A stretch of 64,000 nt of DNA from assembly GCA_963723405.1 (NCBI GenBank), contig CAVRQF010000007.1, positions 138,801 to 202,800 of the forward strand, given 5' to 3'. The position numbers and the translations under genes are program-made. Below, in pieces: positions 55,130-62,670 of the stretch. The stretch is from an uncultured Actinomycetota bacterium (GTDB lineage: Bacteria > Actinomycetota > Thermoleophilia > Gaiellales > Gaiellaceae). The notes under the pieces were generated by a model. The model was not told where the DNA came from. It did not search any database and saw only the letters and a program-made list of their open reading frames with translations. The stretch's first letter is position 1. Each line of letters begins with the position of its first letter.

Positions 55130-55810
55130 TCACGTCTGACTCCCCTGTGGGCGCGCTCGTTCGGGGGTCAGAAGCTGCGAGCAGAGGAGCTTGCCGAGCC
55201 ACTGCTCGTAGCGGTCGGGGGTCCAGCCGCGTTCGCTGGTGAGCAGCTGGTAGAGCGTCGGCTGGTTGAGAGCCCAGAGCGTGTCGGCCGCCGCGTCCAG
55301 GTCGAGCTCGGGCGCGAGCGCGCCGTCGTTCGCGAGGCTCTCGACGATCGTGCGCTGGTTGTCGTGGAAATCGGCCTGGATCCTGTTCCATAACGCACCG
55401 ATTTCGGGATCCCCCGGCGCGGCGGCCCGGATTGCCTCCATCACGGCGGCCGCGCGCTCCTTGACAAGACGTGAGTTGCGGGCGGTGAGCAGGAGGCGGC
55501 GGCACGGGTCCGGCTCGTCGATCGCCTCCCGGAACCAGTCTTGTTCGCCGACGGGTACAGCGTCCTGCTCGCCGCGTAGCGCGCGGTGCCAGACGGCGCG
55601 CAGCAATCCCGGCTTGCCTTCGAAGTTGAGGTAGACGGTCTTGAGAGCGACACCTGCGGCGGCGGCGATCGCTGCCACCGAGGTGGCGGCATAGCCGTCC
55701 CGCTCGAACAGGCGCTGCGCCGCGTTCAGGATCAGTTCCCGCGTCCCCGCGGCCTGCTCGCGGCGCCGGGGCGAGTCATACGGACGCCGCATCTTGCCCG
55801 GCTTCGTCAT
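55130..55810 (-). CDS. TetR/AcrR family transcriptional regulator
   Basis: Intact ORF: ...RREQAAGTRELILNAAQRLFERDGYAATSVAAIAAAAGVALKTVYLNFEGKPGLLRAVW.... Confidence 0.85.
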   Translation of the reverse strand: MTKPGKMRRPYDSPRRREQAAGTRELILNAAQRLFERDGYAATSVAAIAAAAGVALKTVYLNFEGKPGLLRAVWHRALRGEQDAVPVGEQDWFREAIDEPDPCRRLLLTARNSRLVKERAAAVMEAIRAAAPGDPEIGALWNRIQADFHDNQRTIVESLANDGALAPELDLDAAADTLWALNQPTLYQLLTSERGWTPDRYEQWLGKLLCSQLLTPERARPQGSQT

Positions 55811-55832
55811 TCCACTACTCTACCCGCGTTAT

Positions 55833-55853
55833 CACTACACCGGTCGTGTAGTG
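55833..55853. promoter_or_regulatory. Perfect palindrome CACTACAC-N5-GTGTAGTG (candidate TetR operator 1)
   Basis: Seen in the 109-bp divergent intergenic region between the TetR gene and the methyltransferase gene. Confidence 0.5.
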
Positions 55854-55876
55854 GATCTGCTACCCTCCTCGCGTAT

Positions 55877-55899
55877 TGACTACTCGGCCGATGTAGTCA
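55877..55899. promoter_or_regulatory. Palindrome TGACTAC-N9-GTAGTCA (candidate TetR operator 2)
   Basis: It lies in the same intergenic region and shares the half-site core ACTAC/GTAGT with operator 1. Confidence 0.4.
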
Positions 55900-55919
55900 C
55901 AACGCGAAGGGAGACTCGA

Positions 55920-56795
55920 ATGTCTACGACCACAAGCACACCCGCGGATCAGGTTCGCCGGCACATCCGTGAGCTGTGGGCCGCCGTGGCAGACGCCTGG
56001 GAACAGCACGCAGACTTCGTCGAGGCACGCGGCGCCGAGCTCACGAGGCAGCTTCTCGTCGAGGCGGAGCCGAAGCCGGGCAAGAACGTGCTCGAGCTCG
56101 CCGCCGGCGCCGGCGACGTCAGCCTCGCCGTCGCCCCACTCGTCGCCCCGGGCGAAGTCGTGATCTCCGACGTCGCTACCGAGATGGTCGCGATTGCGGC
56201 GCGCCGCGTCGAGGCCCGCGGCCTCGGGAACGTCTCCTTGCGCACCTTCGGTGCCGAGGCAATCGACTGCGACGACGCGACGTTCGACATCGTTCTCTGC
56301 CGCGAGGGGCTGATGTTCGCAGCCGACCCGGGACTCGCGGTCCGCGAGATCACGCGCGTGCTCCGTTCCGGCGGACGGATGGCAGTCGCGGTCTGGGGCC
56401 CGAGGGCGGCGAACCCCTGGCTTGGGCTCGTCTTCGACGCGGTCAGCGCCCAGGTGGAGCGGCCGCTACCGCCGCCGGGCATGCCGGGACCGTTCGCGCT
56501 GTCCGACGCTGAGAGGCTCGCTCAGCTGCTCTCCGCGAACGGCCTCGACCAGGTCGCCGTCCGTGGGGTACCCGTTCCGCTCACCGCGCCATCGTTCGAC
56601 GAGTGGTGGAGCCGCGCCTCCGCCCTCGCGGGCCCCTTGACGACGATCCTCGCCGGGCTGCCGAAGCCGGCGCAGAGCGAGCTCGCCGACCGGCTTCGCG
56701 CGGCGGTTCGCCCGTTCGAGGCGAGCGACGGCGCCCTGCACTTCCCCGGCCTCGCGCTGCTCGCGTCCGCAGTGAGAGGAGCACGAAATGACTGA
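55920..56795 (+). CDS. Class I SAM-dependent methyltransferase
   Basis: ATG 55920 follows GAAGGGAG: MSTTTSTPADQVRRHIRELWAAVADAWEQHADF...GKNVLELAAGAGDVSLAVAPLVAPGEVVISDVATEMVAIAARRVEARGLGNVSLRTFGAEAIDCDDATFDIVLCREGLMFAADPGLAVREITRVLRSGGRMAVAVW. Confidence 0.8.
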   Translation: MSTTTSTPADQVRRHIRELWAAVADAWEQHADFVEARGAELTRQLLVEAEPKPGKNVLELAAGAGDVSLAVAPLVAPGEVVISDVATEMVAIAARRVEARGLGNVSLRTFGAEAIDCDDATFDIVLCREGLMFAADPGLAVREITRVLRSGGRMAVAVWGPRAANPWLGLVFDAVSAQVERPLPPPGMPGPFALSDAERLAQLLSANGLDQVAVRGVPVPLTAPSFDEWWSRASALAGPLTTILAGLPKPAQSELADRLRAAVRPFEASDGALHFPGLALLASAVRGARND

Positions 56796-57519
56796 CCAGT
56801 TCCCGGACACCGCGATCGTGCTGGGCGCCCGCAACCTCGGCGCCGCGATCACGCGCGATCTCCTGGCGGGAGCCGCCCGCGTCGCAACGATCGCCCGCAC
56901 CCGAGCGGACCTCGACCTGCTTGCCCGCGACGGCGCCGTCACGATCACGGCCGACGCCTCCGACCCGGCCGAGCTCGAGGCAGCGCTCGACCGCGCCGCG
57001 GGCACGATCGGCATGCCCGAGCTGATCGTCAACGCCGTCTCCGCGAGCCGACCGGCGAAGGACGGGAAGGGTTTCGGCGGCGGCGCGATCGCCTCGTCGA
57101 GCGTCACCGGCCTCGACACGTGGACAACCCCGGTCGTCCAGCAGGCGCTCACTTTCCTCCGCGCCTCGGCCCGCGCCCTGGAAGGGCGAACGGGCACAGT
57201 CGTGCAGATCACCGGCGCGCCCGCCAGGCGCGCGAACCCCGAACGCGGCCTCGTCTCGGCGGGCATGGCTGCCCTCCGCGCACTCACACACGCAGCCGCT
57301 CAAGAGCTTCGGGAGTCGGGAATCCACGTCGCCCTCCTGATCGTCGACGGGATCATCGAGTCGCCCAAGACAACGGGGATGGCACGACACCTGCCGAGCA
57401 ATGCGCTCGTACGCCACGAGGACGTCGCCCAAGCCGTTCGCTTCCTCGCCGCCCAATCAACGCGCGGAATGACCCACGAGCTCGTCCTCACACCAACTGG
57501 AGGACGCTGGATCCCCTAA
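56788..57519 (+). CDS. SDR family oxidoreductase
   Basis: Intact ORF that overlaps the previous gene by 8 nt: MTDQFPDTAIVLGARNLGAAITRDLLAGAARVATIARTRADLDLL...VVQITGAPARRANPERGLVSAGMAALRALTHAAAQELRESGIHVALLIVDG. Confidence 0.8.
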   Translation: MTDQFPDTAIVLGARNLGAAITRDLLAGAARVATIARTRADLDLLARDGAVTITADASDPAELEAALDRAAGTIGMPELIVNAVSASRPAKDGKGFGGGAIASSSVTGLDTWTTPVVQQALTFLRASARALEGRTGTVVQITGAPARRANPERGLVSAGMAALRALTHAAAQELRESGIHVALLIVDGIIESPKTTGMARHLPSNALVRHEDVAQAVRFLAAQSTRGMTHELVLTPTGGRWIP

Positions 57520-57820
57520 CTCGAGCGCGAGCGCAACCGTCGTCTTGACACACCGGGTCGGGCGTGAAAGGGGGCCGACGTCGGCGAGATCGCCACTCCG
57601 TTCAGGCCCGGGGACGGTCCCGTCCTCGCTTTGTTAGCCGCGAGGGAGCGAGCATGCCGCTCGGCAAAGGCGTGCTCGAGGGATCGATCTGCCCCGGGGA
57701 CTAAGTTCGGGAACTAAAGTTGGGGCGTGACAAAGCTGGCTCTCGAGAGGACGATTGTCCGTCGAGATCGTCGGACGGAGCGCGTAGACGAGCAGGGCGG
57801 GTGAGCACGGCCTACTCGCG

Positions 57821-58263
57821 TTGCAACGCGCGGCCGGCAACCGGGCTGTCGCGCAACTCCTCCAGCGCGCCCCCCAGGGAGCGAAGGAGGAGCGTCTCAT
57901 CTTCTCGAAGGTCGCCGTTGCGACCGGCGAGGCGCTGTATGCCGGCAAGTGCGACGCCGAGCTCTCGGCGCCGACGGTCGATGTGAAGTGGTCGGGGGGC
58001 TCCTGGGAAAGGACCGAGCGATCACCTTCGAGTGCGGGTCACAATCCTTCCGGTTCTCCTCCTTCCGCGGGTGGTTCGACGAGCGCTTTCCGTGGAGTAT
58101 CGACACCGCGGATGGAGGGAGTGCATTCGTGACGGAGCCGGTCGAAATGGCACTCGACGACATCTACGACGACTACGAGGAAGCCGGCGCGAAGTTCTGG
58201 AGCGGTTACCACACGATCAGAGACGCCTTGAAGTCGGATCTGAAGGAGTTCTGCGCGAACTGA
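57821..58263 (+). CDS. Hypothetical protein with N-terminal LQRAAGNRAVAQLLQR motif, one frameshift near 58005
   Basis: TTG 57821 frame: (M)QRAAGNRAVAQLLQRAPQGAKEERLIFSKVAVATGEALYAGKCDAELSAPTVDVKWSGGSWE. This joins ORF 57949..58263 (DRAITFECGSQSFRFSSFRGWFDERFPWSIDTADGGSAFVTEPVEMALDDIYDDYEEAGAKFWSGYHTIRDALKSDLKEFCAN). Confidence 0.4.
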
Positions 58264-58325
58264 CGCATGCGGCGCTGTAGCTTTCCGGTCGAGATTTCGT
58301 CCCGGTCGGAGAGAGGGAGACACAG

Positions 58326-58763
58326 ATGAGCCAGGATGCGCAGACGTTCGAAGGACAGTGCTATTGCGGTGTGGTCAAGCTCACGGTCACGGGTGAGCCC
58401 GAGGGCGCCGGCTACTGCCATTGCGTCTCGTGCCGGAGCTGGTCCGCCGGGCCGGTCAACGCGTTCACGCTCTGGAAGACCGACATGGTCGAGGTAACGG
58501 AAGGCGCAGACCAGATCGGCGAGTACCACCAGAACGACCGGAGCTACCGCCAGTGGTGCACGGCCTGCGGGGGCCATGTGCTGACCCGGCATCCGCACTG
58601 GGGCCTGATCGACGTGTACGCGGCGACGATCCCCTCGTTTCCCTTCACGCCCGGCGTCCACGTGAACTACGAGTCGACCGTGCTGCCGATGAAGGACGGC
58701 CTGCCCAAGCTCAAGGACTACCCGACCGAGCTCGGCGGCTCCGGCGAGACGCTGCCCGAGTAA
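58326..58763 (+). CDS. GFA (glutathione-dependent formaldehyde-activating / CENP-V) family protein
   Basis: Intact ORF: MSQDAQTFEGQCYCGVVKLTVTGEPEGAGYCHCVSCRSWSAGPVNAFTLWK...YRQWCTACGGHVLTRHP. Confidence 0.85.
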   Translation: MSQDAQTFEGQCYCGVVKLTVTGEPEGAGYCHCVSCRSWSAGPVNAFTLWKTDMVEVTEGADQIGEYHQNDRSYRQWCTACGGHVLTRHPHWGLIDVYAATIPSFPFTPGVHVNYESTVLPMKDGLPKLKDYPTELGGSGETLPE

Positions 58764-58927
58764 CTCTCGGCGACCCGCTTCCGAAAACCGACGCTGGTCA
58801 CCCCGCGCAGCCTTTACGCGGCGTTTACCCAACCCATCCAACTCGCTAACTGCGAGATGACCGTCGGATGACGGGAGTGGGTTAAACCCAAGCCGACCAC
58901 AAACTGTCAGCGACCGGGGGACGACAC

Positions 58928-60568
58928 ATGACGTTCAAGGCAGGAAGGCGACTAGCAATCGGAGCGGCGACGCTCCTGCTCATCGCGGCGACGACAGCCG
59001 AGACGGCGGGCGCGCAGGACGCGACCAGGCAACAGGGCAAGCGGCACGCCCACCACCAGCGCCACTACCCGGGCTGGGGCATCAACCTCGATCTCCGGCT
59101 CAGCGTCTCGCCGGTCGTAGCGGCACCCGGCGGTCAGGTGACCTATACCGCGACCGTCACGAACCGGGGCCGCCGAAGCGCGCCGAGCGCAGGGTTCCTG
59201 AACCGGATCCCGAGGCAGACGACGTTCGTCTCGTCGACTGCGAGCCAGGGCAGCTGCAGCGGCAGCCGGCTCGTCTACTGCAACCTCGGCGCGCTTGCCC
59301 CCCGCACCAGCGCGACCGTCACCATCGTCGTGACCGCCGGCGGCACCGGCTGGATCAACGACACCGGCTGGGTCTCGAACAACCCGCCAAGGCACTGGCA
59401 GGACGCAAAGAGTGTCGGGAGCTGGGTTCGCAACACGAGCCCCGATCTCGACCTTGCCCTCACGGGCTCGCCGGGATCGGTGAGCACCGGCCAGCAGGTC
59501 ACCTACGCTGCGACGATCACCAATCGCGGCTCGGGCGCAGCCTCGACCGCCGGGTTCCAGGACGTGATCCCTGACGGCAGCACCCTCGTCTCGGCCTCGC
59601 CGAGCCAGGGCACCTGCAGCGGCAGCCCGACCATCGTCTGCAGCCTCGGCTCGCTGAGCCCGGGAGCGAGCGCGACCGTCACGGTCGTCGTGACCCCCAC
59701 CCACGCCGGCTACATCACCGATCGCGGTTGGGTCTCCACCAGCCCGCCGGGCAGCTGGCAGCACGAGCGGTCGGTCACGACGGCGGTCCGGGACTCGAGG
59801 CCCGACCTCGACTTCCACCTCGTCGGCTCTCCCTCTGCGGTCGACACCGGACAGCAGGTCACCTACACGGCGACGATCGGCAACCACGGCTCCGGCGCCG
59901 CCCCGACCGCAGCGTTCCAGGACCTGATCTCGCCGAAGACCACGCTCGTGTCGGCCACCCCGAGCCAGGGCACCTGCAGCGGCAGCCCGACGGTCGTCTG
60001 CAACCTGGGCGCACTCAATGCCGGCGCGACCGCGACCGTCACGATCGTCGTGACCACGACCCAGTCGGGGAACGCCACCGATCGGGGCTGGATCTCGACC
60101 AACCCGCCCGGCGACTGGCGCCACGAGCGTGACGTCACGACAACCGTGCGCGACGTCAAGGCCGATCTCGACTTCCACCTGGTCGGATCGCCCTCGTCGG
60201 TCACCGCCGGCCAGCAGGTCACCTACACGGCGACGATCGGCAACCACGGCTCCGGCACGGCGGCCACCGCCGGCTTCCAGGATGTGATCCCGGGCAAGAC
60301 CACGCTCGTCTCGGCCACCCCGAGCCAGGGCACCTGCACCGGCAGCCAGACGATCGCCTGCAACCTCGGCTCGCTGGCACCGGGGGCGACGGCGACCGTC
60401 ACGATCATCGTCGCGACGACACAGCCCGGCTCGATCATCGACCGCGGCTGGGTCTCGACGACCCCGCCCGGCAACTGGCAGCACGAACGTGACGTCGTCA
60501 CGGACGTGAACGTTGCGCCCCCGGCTCCCGCCGCGACGACCACGACGACGACCACCACCTCGAAGTAG
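58928..60568 (+). CDS. Secreted DUF11 (conserved repeat domain) protein with four 120-aa tandem repeats and a poly-Thr C-terminus
   Basis: Intact 546-aa ORF with signal-like AIGAATLLLIAATTAETAGA. The repeat units start at residues 54, 173, 293 and 413 (DLDxxL..SP..V..GQQVTY.ATI.N.GSG.A....FQD.IP..T.LVSA.PSQGTC.GS.T..C.LG.L..GA.ATVT..V......G...DRGWVST.PPG.W.HER). It ends in PPAPAATTTTTTTTSK. Confidence 0.85.
   Translation: MTFKAGRRLAIGAATLLLIAATTAETAGAQDATRQQGKRHAHHQRHYPGWGINLDLRLSVSPVVAAPGGQVTYTATVTNRGRRSAPSAGFLNRIPRQTTFVSSTASQGSCSGSRLVYCNLGALAPRTSATVTIVVTAGGTGWINDTGWVSNNPPRHWQDAKSVGSWVRNTSPDLDLALTGSPGSVSTGQQVTYAATITNRGSGAASTAGFQDVIPDGSTLVSASPSQGTCSGSPTIVCSLGSLSPGASATVTVVVTPTHAGYITDRGWVSTSPPGSWQHERSVTTAVRDSRPDLDFHLVGSPSAVDTGQQVTYTATIGNHGSGAAPTAAFQDLISPKTTLVSATPSQGTCSGSPTVVCNLGALNAGATATVTIVVTTTQSGNATDRGWISTNPPGDWRHERDVTTTVRDVKADLDFHLVGSPSSVTAGQQVTYTATIGNHGSGTAATAGFQDVIPGKTTLVSATPSQGTCTGSQTIACNLGSLAPGATATVTIIVATTQPGSIIDRGWVSTTPPGNWQHERDVVTDVNVAPPAPAATTTTTTTTSK
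59084..60508 (+). repeat. 4 x 360-bp coding tandem repeat inside the DUF11 gene
   Basis: The period is exactly 120 codons. Units 3 and 4 share long identical nucleotide runs (for example CAGCAGGTCACCTACACGGCGACGATCGGCAACCACGGCTCCGGC). Confidence 0.85.
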
Positions 60569-60579
60569 GTCTCTCCCCG

Positions 60580-60616
60580 GGGGTTGTGAGCCGGCCCAGA
60601 CCCGGCTCACAACCCC
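60580..60616. terminator. Perfect 15-bp hairpin between the convergent DUF11 and MFS genes (bidirectional terminator candidate)
   Basis: GGGGTTGTGAGCCGG-CCCAGAC-CCGGCTCACAACCCC. The MFS stop codon (60607-60609) lies inside the right arm. Confidence 0.6.
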
Positions 60617-62100
60617 ACTCCCGCCGCTAGGCAGCCTCCTCGAGAACCTCCTCCTCGTCCACCGTCGGTCCGGGCCACTGCCGGTGCGATCGCCGGGTTC
60701 CGCCGCACCACCGCGACGACCCCGAGCACAGCAGCTGCGAGCGGGACGAAGATCGCCGCGTGGTAGGCGCTCAGCACCTCCTGCGGGCTCGTGCCGGTCG
60801 TGTCACTGTTCACGACCGCCGTGACGACCGCCAGCACGAGGGCCGCGCCGAGCTGGAACGACGTGTTCACGAGGCCGCCCGCGAGGCCCTGCTCCTCCGG
60901 CGCGACTCCGCTCGTCGCCGCGACGTTGATCGGGCCGAACGCAAGCCCGAACCCGAGCCCGGCGAGGAGGAACGTCGGGAGCATCACGGCGTAGCTCGAC
61001 TCGAGATCGATCGGCAGGAACAGCACGTAGGCGAGCCCGATCGAGACGAGCCCCGCCACCGTGAGCCTGGCGACGCCGAAGCGCCCGATCAGCGCGCCCA
61101 CCCGAGGAGAGAGGACCGCCACGAGAGCGCCTGCCGGGAAGATCGCAAGGCCCGTTTCGAGCGCCGACCAGCCCCGCAGCTGCTGCATGTAGAGCGTCGC
61201 GATGAACTGGAACCCGATCCAGGACGCCAGTGCCGCCGCGGCGAGGTTCGCGCGCACGAGCGTCGAGGCGCGGAAGATCCCGAGCCGGACGATCGGCGCC
61301 GGAGAGCGCCGCTCCCACCGCACGAACGCGGCGAGGATCCCCACGATCGCAGCGAGCGAGACGAGCGTCCGCGCCGAGCCCCACCCCACGCTTGGCGCCT
61401 CGACCAGCGTGTAGACGAGCAGGAGCATCCCGCCCGTCAGCATGACCGCCCCGGGAAGGTCGAAGCCGCGGCGGTCCGCCGCGCTGCGGACGTCGTGAGG
61501 CACGAGCTTCAGGCCTGCGATCAGAGCCACGAGGGCGACAGGCGCCGGGATGAGGAACGCGAGCCGCCAGCTCACCTCGGTGAGGAGCCCGCCGAAGACG
61601 AGCCCGAGCGAGAAGCCCGTGGCGCCGGTCGCCGTGTAGACCGAGAGCGCCTTGTTGCGCGCCGGGCCCTCGGCGAAGGTCGTCGTGATGATCGAGAGGC
61701 CCGCGGGCGCCGTGAAGGCCGCGCTCAGCCCCTTGACGAAGCGGGTGATCACGAGCACCGTCGGGTCGGTCGCGATCCCGCCGAGCGCGGAGGCGACGAC
61801 GAACACTCCGAGCGCGATCAGGAAAACCCGGCGCCGTCCGAGGAGGTCGGCCGCCCGGCCGCCGAGGAGCAGGAAGCCGCCGTAGCCGAGCACGTAGGCG
61901 CTGACGACCCACTGCAGCGAACTCGTCGACATCCCGAGATCGCTGCGAATCGACGGCAGCGCGACGCCGATCATCGAGACGTCGAGCGCATCCAGGAAGA
62001 GCGCGGCGCAGAGGACGAGCAGCGCACCCCGCGCGCGCCCCGTCAACGTCGGTGAGGAGAATGCTGTACTGGTCACGATCTTCGGCCCCCTTGTCGGCAC
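60607..62100 (-). CDS. MFS transporter, DHA2 (EmrB/QacA-like, 14-TMS) drug:H+ antiporter family
   Basis: Intact 497-aa ORF: ...LVLCAALFLDALDVSMIGVALPSIRSDLGMSTSSLQWVVSAYVLGYGGFLLLGGRAADLLGRRRVFLIALGVFVVASALGG.... Confidence 0.9.
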   Translation of the reverse strand: MPTRGPKIVTSTAFSSPTLTGRARGALLVLCAALFLDALDVSMIGVALPSIRSDLGMSTSSLQWVVSAYVLGYGGFLLLGGRAADLLGRRRVFLIALGVFVVASALGGIATDPTVLVITRFVKGLSAAFTAPAGLSIITTTFAEGPARNKALSVYTATGATGFSLGLVFGGLLTEVSWRLAFLIPAPVALVALIAGLKLVPHDVRSAADRRGFDLPGAVMLTGGMLLLVYTLVEAPSVGWGSARTLVSLAAIVGILAAFVRWERRSPAPIVRLGIFRASTLVRANLAAAALASWIGFQFIATLYMQQLRGWSALETGLAIFPAGALVAVLSPRVGALIGRFGVARLTVAGLVSIGLAYVLFLPIDLESSYAVMLPTFLLAGLGFGLAFGPINVAATSGVAPEEQGLAGGLVNTSFQLGAALVLAVVTAVVNSDTTGTSPQEVLSAYHAAIFVPLAAAVLGVVAVVRRNPAIAPAVARTDGGRGGGSRGGCLAAGVGL

Positions 62101-62173
62101 ACGATGCTATTGTTCGACCGGCACCGTACATCATATGTTCGACCCACGTCAAATAAGACGGTGATCAAATAAG

Positions 62174-62497
62174 ATGCAAATCGAACAACCTGTAGGCAGC
62201 GAACCGGCCGTTCAGCTCGACGGCATGCGGATCCTCCAGGCGCTCGCCGATCCCGTCCGGCTCGAGATCGTCCGTCAGCTGGCGGGGTGCCTCTCGGGCA
62301 ACGAGCTCACGTGCGGCGCCGTCGCCCTCCCGGTGACGAAGTCGACGGCGAGCCATCACTTCAGGACGCTGCTCGATGCCGGCGTCATCGCCGAACGCAG
62401 CGAGGGCACCCGCAAGTTCCTCCACCTGCGACGTGAAGAGCTCGACCGCGAGTTCCCGAACCTGATCGACTCCGTGCTCCGCGCCACCGCGGCGTGA
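62174..62497 (+). CDS. ArsR/SmtB family transcriptional regulator (divergent from the MFS gene)
   Basis: Intact ORF: ...MRILQALADPVRLEIVRQLAGCLSGNELTCGAVALPVTKSTASHHFRTLLDAGVIAERSEGTRKFLHLRREEL. Confidence 0.85.
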   Translation: MQIEQPVGSEPAVQLDGMRILQALADPVRLEIVRQLAGCLSGNELTCGAVALPVTKSTASHHFRTLLDAGVIAERSEGTRKFLHLRREELDREFPNLIDSVLRATAA

Positions 62498-62670
62498 ACC
62501 GACGTCGAAGGCCGGCTCGAGACGGGGCAGATCGCCCTCACTGCCGGACGATGGAAGTACCTCGCCGGCAGGGCACCGGCGACCTCCTGCGTCGTGAGAT
62601 AGCCAGACCGAGAGCCCGGGCGGGCGGGAAGCCGAAGCTCCCCGCCCGCGGGCCCAGTGGCTCGCCCTAC

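Noticed and set aside
59084-60508. Possible CRISPR-like or non-coding tandem array
   Set aside because: The 360-bp period is in frame and encodes DUF11 domains. No short repeat-spacer architecture exists anywhere in the window.
58952-60610. 552-aa minus-strand ORF opposite the DUF11 gene, and the other alternative-frame ORFs there
   Set aside because: It is antisense to a gene with clear domain repeats. The translation is Arg/Gly/Asp low-complexity sequence that mirrors the repeat periodicity.
60760-62152. 431-aa plus-strand and 449-aa minus-strand ORFs overlapping the MFS gene
   Set aside because: The MFS frame (60607..62100) shows 14 hydrophobic helices and DHA2 motifs. The other two frames are Arg/Glu/Asp-rich artefacts.
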